From positions 11,936,001-12,000,000 of the forward strand of contig CP086569.2 in NCBI GenBank assembly GCA_009914755.4: a DNA stretch of 64,000 nucleotides, written 5' to 3'. Numbering within the stretch: the first letter of the stretch is position 1; each line of letters opens with the position of its first letter. This DNA is from the human T2T-CHM13v2.0 reference genome, Homo sapiens. A program made the position numbers and the translations under genes. The notes beneath the pieces were generated by a model that did no database searches, was not told the DNA's origin, and was given only the letters and a program-made list of their open reading frames with translations. This document shows positions 1 to 14,000 of the stretch, one piece after another.

Positions 1-140
1 AATAGAAAGGAATGGAATGGACTCAAATGGAATGTACTCAAATGGAATAGAATAGAATGGAATGGAAGTAAATATAATGGACTCGAGTGGAATGGATTGG
101 AATAAATTGGAATTGAATATATTGGATTTGAATGGAAAGG

Positions 141-165
141 AATGGAATGGAATGGAATGGAATGG
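141..165. repeat. Length-variable pure (GGAAT)n microsatellite-like tract inside the HOR. It has 5 units here, 8 at 5666-5705, 6 at 11201-11230, 8 at 16736-16775, 7 at 22257-22291, and 5 plus an interrupted unit at 59413-59437.
   Basis: Counted directly between the fixed flanks aaagg and attcgaatgg in each HOR copy. This tract accounts for essentially all of the copy-length differences among copies 1 to 3 (5525 versus 5535 bp). Confidence 0.85.
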
Positions 166-3100
166 ATTCGAATGGAATGGAACGAATTGGAATGTAATTG
201 AATGGAGTCGAAAACAGTAGAAAGAAAAGAAGTTTAATCAAATGATATCGAATGGAATTGAATGGAATGTACGTGAATGGAATGGACTGGAATGGAATGG
301 AATGACATGTAATGGGAACAAAAGGAATGGAATCGAATGAAATGGAATTGAATGGAATAGAAAGGAATAGAATGAAATGGAGTTTAATGGAAAGATATTA
401 AAAGTAATGGAATGGAATTGAGTGGACACAAATGGAATGGACTGGAATGGAAAGGACTCGAATGAAATGGACCGCATTAGAATGGACTCGAATGGAACGG
501 ATTGGTGTGGAATGGTCTCGAATGGATGGGAAACGAATGGAATGGAAAAGAATAGAATGGAATGTAATCAAATGGAACGAAATGGAATGGAATGGATTCG
601 ACTGGAACAGAATTGAATGGAGTGGAATTGAATACAATGGAATGCAATCGAATGGAATGGACACGAATGGAATAGAATGAAATGAAATAGCATAGAATGG
701 AATGGAATGGAATGGAATGGAATGGCATGGAATGGAATGGAGTGAAATGGATTGGAATGGGATGGGCCCAAAGTAATGGACTAAAATAAAAGAGACTCAA
801 ATAGAATGAATTGTAAAGAAACGGTCTCGAATGTAATTTATTCGAATAGAATGATATTGAATGGAATGCAATAGTATGGAATGGTATCGAATAGAATGGA
901 ATGGAATGGAACTTAATGGAGTGCATTTGAACGGACTCAAATGCAATAAATTGCACTATAATTGATTCAAATGGAATGGAATCGAATAGAATGTAAACAA
1001 ATGGAATGGAAGGCAATGCAATGGAAAGGAATCGAATGAAATGGAATAAATGGGATGGAATCGAATGGAAAGGACGCGAATATAATGGAGTGTTAAGGAA
1101 AGGTCTCGAATCGAATTCATTCCAATAGAATGGAATCGAATGGAATGCAATACTATTGAATCAAATCGAATGGAATGGAATTGAATGGAATGGACAGGAA
1201 TGGAATGAACTGGAAGTGAATGGACAAGAACATAATATATTGCAATGTAATTTATTCAAATGGAATGGAATGCAATAGAATGGAATGGACGCGATTGCAA
1301 TGGACTGGAGTGGAATGGACTGCAATGGAATTTAAACGAATATAATGCAATGGAACGGAAAGCAAAGGAATCTACCGGAATGGAATCGAACGGAACAGAA
1401 AGGAATGGAATGGAATGGAGTGGAATGGACTCGAATGGAATGTATTCAAATGTAATGGACCGGAAAGGAATGGAATCCAAAGGAATGGAATTGAATGGAA
1501 TCAAAAGGAATAGAAAGGAATAGAGTGTAATTGAATGATATCGAATGGAAGGGAATGGAATGAAGTCGAATGGAATGCACTGGAATGGAATGGACTCAAT
1601 CAGAACGGACTGGAGAGGAATGTACACAAATGGAATGGAAACGAATGGAATGGAATGAAATGGAATGGAATGCAATGGAATTGAAAGGAACGGAATCAAA
1701 AGGAATGGAATGGAATGGATTGGAATAGAATGGATTCAAATAAAATAGAATCGATTGGAATGGTATTGAATGGAAGGGACTTGAATGGAATGGAAAGCAA
1801 TGGAAGATATTGGAATCGAATGGCATCGAATGAAATGGAATGGAACGGAATGGAACGGACCCGAATGGAATGGAATGGACTCAAATGTAATGGACTCGAA
1901 TGGAATCGAATGAAATATAATAGACTCGAAAGGAATGGCCTCGAGCGGAATTTATTTGAATAGAATGGAATCAAATGGAATAGAATAGTATTGAATGGAA
2001 TCGAATGGAATGGAATCGAATGGAATGTAATCAAATAGAATGGAATGGAATTCAATATAATGGAGTAGAATGGAATGCATTGGAAAGGAGCAGAGTGGAA
2101 TCGAGTGGATTGGAATCGAGTGGAATGGAATCAAAGGGAACGAAATGGAATTGAATGGACTTGAATGGAATTGAGTCGAAAGGAATTGACTCGAAAGGAA
2201 CGGACTGGAAGGAAAAGGAATCAAATGGACAGGAATGGAATGGAATGGACTCGAATGGATTGGAGTCAAATGCAAACGCATCGAATGGAATGGATTCAAA
2301 TGGAATGCAATTGAATGGAATAGAAAGGAAGAGAATGGAATTGAGAGTAATGGAAAGATATCGATTGGAATGAAATGGAATGGAAAGGAAGTGAATGGAA
2401 AGGAATGGACTCGAAAGAAATGGATTGGAATGGAATGGTCTCCAATGGAATGGACTGGAGTGGAATGGAATCGAATGGAATGAAAAGAATGGAACGGAAT
2501 GGAACGTAAAGGAATAGAATGTTATGGAATCCGATTGGACAGAATGGAATGGAATGGAGTTTCATAAAATGGAGTCGAATAGATTGGCATCAAAAGGAAT
2601 GGAATGGAATGGAGTGGACTCAAAAGGAATGGACTCCAAAGGAATGGAGTCGAAGCAAATTGAATCAAATGGATTGGAGTCGAACAGAATGGAATGGAAT
2701 GGAATGAACTCGACTGGAGTAGAGAGGAATGTAAAGGAATAGAATGGAATGTAATCAAATGGATTGCAAGTGAATGGAATCAAAAATAATAGAAAGGAAT
2801 GGAGTGTAAAGGGATGATATGGAATAAAATGGAATGGAATGGAATTTAATGGAATGGAGTCGAAGGAATGGACAGGAATGTAATGGACTCCAATGGAATG
2901 GAATGGATCAAAATGGATTTGAACAGATTGGAATCGAACGGAATGGAATGCAATGGAATGGAATGGACTCGAAAGGAGAAGAGACAAATGGAATGGAAAC
3001 GAATTCAATGGAATTGAAAAGAATAGAATGGAATGGCCTGTAATGGTAAGATACTAAATGGAATGGAATTGAATGGAATGGAATGGAATGGACCCAAATG

Positions 3101-4319
3101 TAATGCACTCGAATGGAATATACTCAAATAGAATGGAATCGAAAGGAAAGGTCTCAAATGGAATTTATTCAATACAATGGAATCGAATGGAATGCAATAG
3201 AATGGAAAGGAATCGAATGTAATGGAATCAAATAGAATGGACCAGAATGGAATGGACTGCCATAGAACGGACTGCAGTTTAATGGATTGAATTCTAATTC
3301 ATTCAAATGGAATGGAATTGAATGGAATGGAATCCAATGGAATGGATAGGATTGTACTGGAATGGAATAGCATGGAATACAACGGAGTGGAATGGAGTTG
3401 AATGAAGTGGAATGGAATCGATTGGAATGGAATCAAATGGAATGGACGGGAATGGAATGGACTGGAAGAGAACAGACTCGAATATAATGGATTGCAATGT
3501 AATTGATTCAAATGGAATGGAATCGAATGGAATGTAATAAAATTGAAGGGACTGGAGTTCAATGCAATGGAATAGAATGGAATGCAAAGGAAACGAAAGG
3601 CACGGAGTGAAATCGAGTGTAATGGAATCGAATGGAATGAAATGGAATGGAATGGACTCAAAAGAAATGGACGAGGGACAAAACGGAATCGAACTGATTG
3701 GAATCGAATGGAACGGAATGGAATGGAATGGACTCCATTGGATGGGAGTAGAACGGATTGGAATGAAATGGAATGGAAAGGAATAGAATGGAATGGAATG
3801 GAATGGAAGATAACGGAAAGATATCGAACGGATTGGAAAGGAATGGAATGGACGCTAATGGAATGGAATGGAACTCAAGAGAAACGAATGGAATGGACTG
3901 GAGTGAAATGGAGTCGAATGTAATTGACTGGAGAGGGATGGACTCGAAAGGAATGGACTCGAATAGAATGGACTGGAATGGATTGTACTCGAATGGAGTG
4001 GAAAGGAATAAAATGGATTCCACCAGATTGGAATGGAACAGAATGTAATGGAATGGAATGGAATGCAATGGAATGGCTCGAGTGGAATGGAGCCGAATGC
4101 AATGGAAGAGAAAGGAAAGGAATTGAATGGAATTGAAAGTAATAGAATTAAAAGGAGTGCAAAGGAAAGATATGGAATGGAATGGATCGAAAAGAAATAG
4201 AATGGAATGGACAGGAATGGAATGGAATAGAATGGAATAGACTGGCGTGCAATTAAAACGAATGGAATGGAAACGAATGGAATGGAATGGAAAGGAATGG
4301 AGTAGAATAAATACTATGG

Positions 4320-4359
4320 AATGGAATGGAATGGAATGGAATGGAATGGAATGGAATGG
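4320..4359. repeat. Second length-variable pure (GGAAT)n tract. It has 8 units here, 7 at 9860-9894, 8 at 15390-15429, is contracted and interrupted in type B at about 20936-20955, and has 6 at 58076-58105.
   Basis: Counted directly between the flanks atactatgg and aggcgaaagg (aggcaaaagg in type B). Confidence 0.8.
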
Positions 4360-5525
4360 AGGCGAAAGGAAAACAATGGAGTGGAATGTCACCGAATGGA
4401 ATGATATGGAATGGAAAGGAATGGATACGAATGGAATGGAATAGAAAGGAACGGAAAGGTAAAGAATGGAATGGAATCGGACAGAATGGAATGTAATGTA
4501 ATGGAGTCGAATGGAAAATAATCGAGTAGAATGATATCGAATGGAATGGAATTTTTGGAATGGAATGGAATGGAATGGACTCGAATGGCATGTACTCAAA
4601 TGGATTAGAATAGAATGGAATGGAACTAAACGTAATGAACTCGAATGAATGGACACAAATAGAATGGAAGAGAAAGAAATGGTATTGAACGGATTTTATT
4701 CGAATAGAATGGAATTCAATGGAATGCAACAGTGTGGCATGGAATCAAATGGAATGGAATCGAATGGAATGGACCCGAGTGGAATGGACTCACATAGAAC
4801 AGCCTCGAATATAATGGATGACAATGTATTAGATTCGAAAGGACTGAAATCGAATGGAATGTAATCAAATAGAACGGAATTGAATGCATGGAATGGCATA
4901 GAAAGTAATGCAATGGAATGGAATAGACTGGAAAGGAATGGAATCGGATGGAATGTAATGAAATGTAATGGAAGGAATGCTATGGAATGGAATGGAATGG
5001 AATACAATGGGACAGTGTATAATGGAGTGCAATGGATTTAAGTGGAATATAGTCAAAAGGAATGAAATAGAATGGAATTCAATATAATGGAATGGCATCC
5101 AATGGCAAGGAATGGAGCGGACTCCAATGGAAACGACATGAAAGGAATATAGTATAATGGAATGGCATTGAACGAAATGGAATGCAATGGAGTTAAAAGG
5201 TAAAATATCGAATGGAAAAGAATTGAATGGACTCGAATGGAATATAATGGAATGGAATGGACTCGAATGGAATGTACTAGAGTTGAATGGAATCGAATGG
5301 AATGGAAAACAATGGAAAGGAAAGGAAGGGAATTGAAAGGAAAGGAATAGAATGGAATGGAATCGGATGGAACAGAATTGAATGGAATGGAAACTAAAGG
5401 AATAGAATAGAAAGGAATGGCATTGAATGGAATAGAAATGAATGGAATCAGATGGAACAGAAAGGAATGGAATAGAATCGAATGGAATGGCATCGAATGG
5501 ATTGGAATGGAATGTAATGGAATGG

Positions 5526-8500
5526 AATAGAAAGGAATGGAATGGACTCAAATGGAATGTACTCAAATGGAATAGAATAGAATGGAATGGAAGTAAATAT
5601 AATGGACTCGAGTGGAATGGATTGGAATAAATTGGAATTGAATATATTGGATTTGAATGGAAAGGAATGGAATGGAATGGAATGGAATGGAATGGAATGG
5701 AATGGATTCGAATGGAATGGAACGAATTGGAATGTAATTGAATGGAGTCGAAAACAGTAGAAAGAAAAGAAGTTTAATCAAATGATATCGAATGGAATTG
5801 AATGGAATGTACGTGAATGGAATGGACTGGAATGGAATGGAATGACATGTAATGGGAACAAAAGGAATGGAATCGAATGAAATGGAATTGAATGGAATAG
5901 AAAGGAATAGAATGAAATGGAGTTTAATGGAAAGATATTAAAAGTAATGGAATGGAATTGAGTGGACACAAATGGAATGGACTGGAATGGAAAGGACTCG
6001 AATGAAATGGACCGCATTAGAATGGACTCGAATGGAACGGATTGGTGTGGAATGGTCTCGAATGGATGGGAAACGAATGGAATGGAAAAGAATAGAATGG
6101 AATGTAATCAAATGGAACGAAATGGAATGGAATGGATTCGACTGGAACAGAATTGAATGGAGTGGAATTGAATACAATGGAATGCAATCGAATGGAATGG
6201 ACACGAATGGAATAGAATGAAATGAAATAGCATAGAATGGAATGGAATGGAATGGAATGGAATGGCATGGAATGGAATGGAGTGAAATGGATTGGAATGG
6301 GATGGGCCCAAAGTAATGGACTAAAATAAAAGAGACTCAAATAGAATGAATTGTAAAGAAACGGTCTCGAATGTAATTTATTCGAATAGAATGATATTGA
6401 ATGGAATGCAATAGTATGGAATGGTATCGAATAGAATGGAATGGAATGGAACTTAATGGAGTGCATTTGAACGGACTCAAATGCAATAAATTGCACTATA
6501 ATTGATTCAAATGGAATGGAATCGAATAGAATGTAAACAAATGGAATGGAAGGCAATGCAATGGAAAGGAATCGAATGAAATGGAATAAATGGGATGGAA
6601 TCGAATGGAAAGGACGCGAATATAATGGAGTGTTAAGGAAAGGTCTCGAATCGAATTTATTCCAATAGAATGGAATCGAATGGAATGCAATACTATTGAA
6701 TCAAATCGAATGGAATGGAATTGAATGGAATGGACAGGAATGGAATGAACTGGAAGTGAATGGACAAGAACATAATATATTGCAATGTAATTTATTCAAA
6801 TGGAATGGAATGCAATAGAATGGAATGGACGCGATTGCAATGGACTGGAGTGGAATGGACTGCAATGGAATTTAAACGAATATAATGCAATGGAACGGAA
6901 AGCAAAGGAATCTACCGGAATGGAATCGAACGGAACAGAAAGGAATGGAATGGAATGGAGTGGAATGGACTCGAATGGAATGTATTCAAATGTAATGGAC
7001 CGGAAAGGAATGGAATCCAAAGGAATGGAATTGAATGGAATCAAAAGGAATAGAAAGGAATAGAGTGTAATTGAATGATATCGAATGGAAGGGAATGGAA
7101 TGAAGTCGAATGGAATGCACTGGAATGGAATGGACTCAATCAGAACGGACTGGAGAGGAATGTACACAAATGGAATGGAAACGAATGGAATGGAATGAAA
7201 TGGAATGGAATGCAATGGAATTGAAAGGAACGGAATCAAAAGGAATGGAATGGAATGGATTGGAATAGAATGGATTCAAATAAAATAGAATCGATTGGAA
7301 TGGTATTGAATGGAAGGGACTTGAATGGAATGGAAAGCAATGGAAGATATTGGAATCGAATGGCATCGAATGAAATGGAATGGAACGGAATGGAACGGAC
7401 CCGAATGGAATGGAATGGACTCAAATGTAATGGACTCGAATGGAATCGAATGAAATATAATAGACTCGAAAGGAATGGCCTCGAGCGGAATTTATTTGAA
7501 TAGAATGGAATCAAATGGAATAGAATAGTATTGAATGGAATCGAATGGAATGGAATCGAATGGAATGTAATCAAATAGAATGGAACGGAATTCAATATAA
7601 TGGAGTAGAATGGAATGCATTGGAAAGGAGCAGAGTGGAATCGAGTGGATTGGAATCGAGTGGAATGGAATCAAAGGGAACGAAATGGAATTGAATGGAC
7701 TTGAATGGAATTGAGTCGAAAGGAATTGACTCGAAAGGAACGGACTGGAAGGAAAAGGAATCAAATGGACAGGAATGGAATGGAATGGACTCGAATGGAT
7801 TGGAGTCAAATGCAAACGCATCGAATGGAATGGATTCAAATGGAATGCAATTGAATGGAATAGAAAGGAAGAGAATGGAATTGAGAGTAATGGAAAGATA
7901 TCGATTGGAATGAAATGGAATGGAAAGGAAGTGAATGGAAAGGAATGGACTCGAAAGAAATGGATTGGAATGGAATGGTCTCCAATGGAATGGACTGGAG
8001 TGGAATGGAATCGAATGGAATGAAAAGAATGGAACGGAATGGAACGTAAAGGAATAGAATGTTATGGAATCCGATTGGACAGAATGGAATGGAATGGAGT
8101 TTCATAAAATGGAGTCGAATAGATTGGCATCAAAAGGAATGGAATGGAATGGAGTGGACTCAAAAGGAATGGACTCCAAAGGAATGGAGTCGAAGCAAAT
8201 TGAATCAAATGGATTGGAGTCGAACAGAATGGAATGGAATGGAATGAACTCGACTGGAGTAGAGAGGAATGTAAAGGAATAGAATGGAATGTAATCAAAT
8301 GGATTGCAAGTGAATGGAATCAAAAATAATAGAAAGGAATGGAGTGTAAAGGGATGATATGGAATAAAATGGAATGGAATGGAATTTAATGGAATGGAGT
8401 CGAAGGAATGGACAGGAATGTAATGGACTCCAATGGAATGGAATGGATCAAAATGGATTTGAACAGATTGGAATCGAACGGAATGGAATGCAATGGAATG

Positions 8501-11060
8501 GAATGGACTCGAAAGGAGAAGAGACAAATGGAATGGAAACGAATTCAATGGAATTGAAAAGAATAGAATGGAATGGCCTGTAATGGTAAGATACTAAATG
8601 GAATGGAATTGAATGGAATGGAATGGAATGGACCCAAATGTAATGCACTCGAATGGAATATACTCAAATAGAATGGAATCGAAAGGAAAGGTCTCAAATG
8701 GAATTTATTCAATACAATGGAATCGAATGGAATGCAATAGAATGGAAAGGAATCGAATGTAATGGAATCAAATAGAATGGACCAGAATGGAATGGACTGC
8801 CATAGAACGGACTGCAGTTTAATGGATTGAATTCTAATTCATTCAAATGGAATGGAATTGAATGGAATGGAATCCAATGGAATGGATAGGATTGTACTGG
8901 AATGGAATAGCATGGAATACAACGGAGTGGAATGGAGTTGAATGAAGTGGAATGGAATCGATTGGAATGGAATCAAATGGAATGGACGGGAATGGAATGG
9001 ACTGGAAGAGAACAGACTCGAATATAATGGATTGCAATGTAATTGATTCAAATGGAATGGAATCGAATGGAATGTAATAAAATTGAAGGGACTGGAGTTC
9101 AATGCAATGGAATAGAATGGAATGCAAAGGAAACGAAAGGCACGGAGTGAAATCGAGTGTAATGGAATCGAATGGAATGAAATGGAATGGAATGGACTCA
9201 AAAGAAATGGACGAGGGACAAAACGGAATCGAACTGATTGGAATCGAATGGAACGGAATGGAATGGAATGGACTCCATTGGATGGGAGTAGAACGGATTG
9301 GAATGAAATGGAATGGAAAGGAATAGAATGGAATGGAATGGAATGGAAGATAACGGAAAGATATCGAACGGATTGGAAAGGAATGGAATGGACGCTAATG
9401 GAATGGAATGGAACTCAAGAGAAACGAATGGAATGGACTGGAGTGAAATGGAGTCGAATGTAATTGACTGGAGAGGGATGGACTCGAAAGGAATGGACTC
9501 GAATAGAATGGACTGGAATGGATTGTACTCGAATGGAGTGGAAAGGAATAAAATGGATTCCACCAGATTGGAATGGAACAGAATGTAATGGAATGGAATG
9601 GAATGCAATGGAATGGCTCGAATGGAAGGGAGTCGAATGCAATGGAAGGGAAAGGAAAGGAATTGAATGGAATTGAAAGTAATAGAATTAAAAGGAGTGC
9701 AAAGGAAAGATATGGAATGGAATGGATCGAAAAGAAATAGAATGGAATGGACAGGAATGGAATGGAATAGAATGGAATAGACTGGCGTGCAATTAAAACG
9801 AATGGAATGGAAACGAATGGAATGGAATGGAAAGGAATGGAGTAGAATAAATACTATGGAATGGAATGGAATGGAATGGAATGGAATGGAATGGAGGCGA
9901 AAGGAAAACAATGGAGTGGAATGTCACCGAATGGAATGATATGGAATGGAAAGGAATGGATACGAATGGAATGGAATAGAAAGGAACGGAAAGGTAAAGA
10001 ATGGAATGGAATCGGACAGAATGGAATGTAATGTAATGGAGTCGAATGGAAAATAATCGAGTAGAATGATATCGAATGGAATGGAATTTTTGGAATGGAA
10101 TGGAATGGAATGGACTCGAATGGCATGTACTCAAATGGATTAGAATAGAATGGAATGGAACTAAACGTAATGAACTCGAATGAATGGACACAAATAGAAT
10201 GGAAGAGAAAGAAATGGTATTGAACGGATTTTATTCGAATAGAATGGAATTCAATGGAATGCAACAGTGTGGCATGGAATCAAATGGAATGGAATCGAAT
10301 GGAATGGACCCGAGTGGAATGGACTCACATAGAACAGCCTCGAATGTAATGGATGACAATGTATTAGATTCGAAAGGACTGAAATCGAATGGAATGTAAT
10401 CAAATAGAACGGAATTGAATGCATGGAATGGCATAGAAAGTAATGCAATGGAATGGAATAGACTGGAAAGGAATGGAATCGGATGGAATGTAATGAAATG
10501 TAATGGAAGGAATGCTATGGAATGGAATGGAATGGAATACAATGGGACAGTGTATAATGGAGTGCAATGGATTTAAGTGGAATATAGTCAAAAGGAATGA
10601 AATAGAATGGAATTCAATATAATGGAATGGCATCCAATGGCAAGGAATGGAGCGGACTCCAATGGAAACGACATGAAAGGAATATAGTATAATGGAATGG
10701 CATTGAACGAAATGGAATGCAATGGAGTTAAAAGGTAAAATATCGAATGGAAAAGAATTGAATGGACTCGAATGGAATATAATGGAATGGAATGGACTCG
10801 AATGGAATGTACTAGAGTTGAATGGAATCGAATGGAATGGAAAACAATGGAAAGGAAAGGAAGGGAATTGAAAGGAAAGGAATAGAATGGAATGGAATCG
10901 GATGGAACAGAATTGAATGGAATGGAAACTAAAGGAATAGAATAGAAAGGAATGGCATTGAATGGAATAGAAATGAATGGAATCAGATGGAACAGAAAGG
11001 AATGGAATAGAATCGAATGGAATGGCATCGAATGGATTGGAATGGAATGTAATGGAATGG
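5526..11060. repeat. 5.5-kb HSat3 HOR, copy 2 (5535 bp).
   Basis: Near-identical to copy 1. For example, the 179-aa pseudo-ORFs at 477..1016 and 6017..6556 are identical. The main differences are GGAAT unit counts in the pure tracts: 8 versus 5 units at 5666-5705, and 7 versus 8 units at 9860-9894. There are also a few substitutions near 9620-9660. Confidence 0.85.
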
Positions 11061-14000
11061 AATAGAAAGGAATGGAATGGACTCAAATGGAATGTACTCA
11101 AATGGAATAGAATAGAATGGAATGGAAGTAAATATAATGGACTCGAGTGGAATGGATTGGAATAAATTGGAATTGAATATATTGGATTTGAATGGAAAGG
11201 AATGGAATGGAATGGAATGGAATGGAATGGAATGGATTCGAATGGAATGGAACGAATTGGAATGTAATTGAATGGAGTCGAAAACAGTAGAAAGAAAAGA
11301 AGTTTAATCAAATGATATCGAATGGAATTGAATGGAATGTACGTGAATGGAATGGACTGGAATGGAATGGAATGACATGTAATGGGAACAAAAGGAATGG
11401 AATCGAATGAAATGGAATTGAATGGAATAGAAAGGAATAGAATGAAATGGAGTTTAATGGAAAGATATTAAAAGTAATGGAATGGAATTGAGTGGACACA
11501 AATGGAATGGACTGGAATGGAAAGGACTCGAATGAAATGGACCGCATTAGAATGGACTCGAATGGAACGGATTGGTGTGGAATGGTCTCGAATGGATGGG
11601 AAACGAATGGAATGGAAAAGAATAGAATGGAATGTAATCAAATGGAACGAAATGGAATGGAATGGATTCGACTGGAACAGAATTGAATGGAGTGGAATTG
11701 AATACAATGGAATGCAATCGAATGGAATGGACACGAATGGAATAGAATGAAATGAAATAGCATAGAATGGAATGGAATGGAATGGAATGGAATGGCATGG
11801 AATGGAATGGAGTGAAATGGATTGGAATGGGATGGGCCCAAAGTAATGGACTAAAATAAAAGAGACTCAAATAGAATGAATTGTAAAGAAACGGTCTCGA
11901 ATGTAATTTATTCGAATAGAATGATATTGAATGGAATGCAATAGTATGGAATGGTATCGAATAGAATGGAATGGAATGGAACTTAATGGAGTGCATTTGA
12001 ACGGACTCAAATGCAATAAATTGCACTATAATTGATTCAAATGGAATGGAATCGAATAGAATGTAAACAAATGGAATGGAAGGCAATGCAATGGAAAGGA
12101 ATCGAATGAAATGGAATAAATGGGATGGAATCGAATGGAAAGGACGCGAATATAATGGAGTGTTAAGGAAAGGTCTCGAATCGAATTCATTCCAATAGAA
12201 TGGAATCGAATGGAATGCAATACTATTGAATCAAATCGAATGGAATGGAATTGAATGGAATGGACAGGAATGGAATGAACTGGAAGTGAATGGACAAGAA
12301 CATAATATATTGCAATGTAATTTATTCAAATGGAATGGAATGCAATAGAATGGAATGGACGCGATTGCAATGGACTGGAGTGGAATGGACTGCAATGGAA
12401 TTTAAACGAATATAATGCAATGGAACGGAAAGCAAAGGAATCTACCGGAATGGAATCGAACGGAACAGAAAGGAATGGAATGGAATGGAGTGGAATGGAC
12501 TCGAATGGAATGTATTCAAATGTAATGGACCGGAAAGGAATGGAATCCAAAGGAATGGAATTGAATGGAATCAAAAGGAATAGAAAGGAATAGAGTGTAA
12601 TTGAATGATATCGAATGGAAGGGAATGGAATGAAGTCGAATGGAATGCACTGGAATGGAATGGACTCAATCAGAACGGACTGGAGAGGAATGTACACAAA
12701 TGGAATGGAAACGAATGGAATGGAATGAAATGGAATGGAATGCAATGGAATTGAAAGGAACGGAATCAAAAGGAATGGAATGGAATGGATTGGAATAGAA
12801 TGGATTCAAATAAAATAGAATCGATTGGAATGGTATTGAATGGAAGGGACTTGAATGGAATGGAAAGCAATGGAAGATATTGGAATCGAATGGCATCGAA
12901 TGAAATGGAATGGAACGGAATGGAACGGACCCGAATGGAATGGAATGGACTCAAATGTAATGGACTCGAATGGAATCGAATGAAATATAATAGACTCGAA
13001 AGGAATGGCCTCGAGCGGAATTTATTTGAATAGAATGGAATCAAATGGAATAGAATAGTATTGAATGGAATCGAATGGAATGGAATCGAATGGAATGTAA
13101 TCAAATAGAATGGAATGGAATTCAATATAATGGAGTAGAATGGAATGCATTGGAAAGGAGCAGAGTGGAATCGAGTGGATTGGAATCGAGTGGAATGGAA
13201 TCAAAGGGAACGAAATGGAATTGAATGGACTTGAATGGAATTGAGTCGAAAGGAATTGACTCGAAAGGAACGGACTGGAAGGAAAAGGAATCAAATGGAC
13301 AGGAATGGAATGGAATGGACTCGAATGGATTGGAGTCAAATGCAAACGCATCGAATGGAATGGATTCAAATGGAATGCAATTGAATGGAATAGAAAGGAA
13401 GAGAATGGAATTGAGAGTAATGGAAAGATATCGATTGGAATGAAATGGAATGGAAAGGAAGTGAATGGAAAGGAATGGACTCGAAAGAAATGGATTGGAA
13501 TGGAATGGTCTCCAATGGAATGGACTGGAGTGGAATGGAATCGAATGGAATGAAAAGAATGGAACGGAATGGAACGTAAAGGAATAGAATGTTATGGAAT
13601 CCGATTGGACAGAATGGAATGGAATGGAGTTTCATAAAATGGAGTCGAATAGATTGGCATCAAAAGGAATGGAATGGAATGGAGTGGACTCAAAAGGAAT
13701 GGACTCCAAAGGAATGGAGTCGAAGCAAATTGAATCAAATGGATTGGAGTCGAACAGAATGGAATGGAATGGAATGAACTCGACTGGAGTAGAGAGGAAT
13801 GTAAAGGAATAGAATGGAATGTAATCAAATGGATTGCAAGTGAATGGAATCAAAAATAATAGAAAGGAATGGAGTGTAAAGGGATGATATGGAATAAAAT
13901 GGAATGGAATGGAATTTAATGGAATGGAGTCGAAGGAATGGACAGGAATGTAATGGACTCCAATGGAATGGAATGGATCAAAATGGATTTGAACAGATTG

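Larger units (their letters stand above)
1..5525. repeat. 5.5-kb HSat3 higher-order repeat (HOR), copy 1. The phase is arbitrary and defined by the window start.
   Basis: Position 1 (aatagaaaggaatggaatggactcaaatgg) recurs at 5526, 11061 and 16596. Every ORF-track peptide in 38..5493 recurs at +5525 to +5540, essentially identical. Confidence 0.85.

Noticed and set aside
3658-4656. Longest pseudo-ORFs on both strands, for example the 332-aa frame at 3658..4656 and the 303-aa frame at 10400..11311. In the ORF track these could pass for a family of repeat-containing proteins or a novel tandem gene cluster.
   Set aside because: GGAAT and ATTCC have no stop codon in any frame, so long open frames are guaranteed. 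The peptides are strict 5-aa low-complexity repeats (IPFHS, MEWNG), with overlapping ORFs in multiple frames and on both strands. There are no promoter or RBS-like unique flanks. Where ORF lengths differ between HOR copies, this reflects chance stop gain or loss from single substitutions.
4771-4800. The gacccgagtgg motif, which resembles the CAACCCGAGT signature used to define some HSat3 subfamilies. It might serve as a subfamily marker or a protein-binding site.
   Set aside because: It occurs only about once per 5.5-kb HOR, which is too sparse to classify the array by eye. There is no evidence of function.
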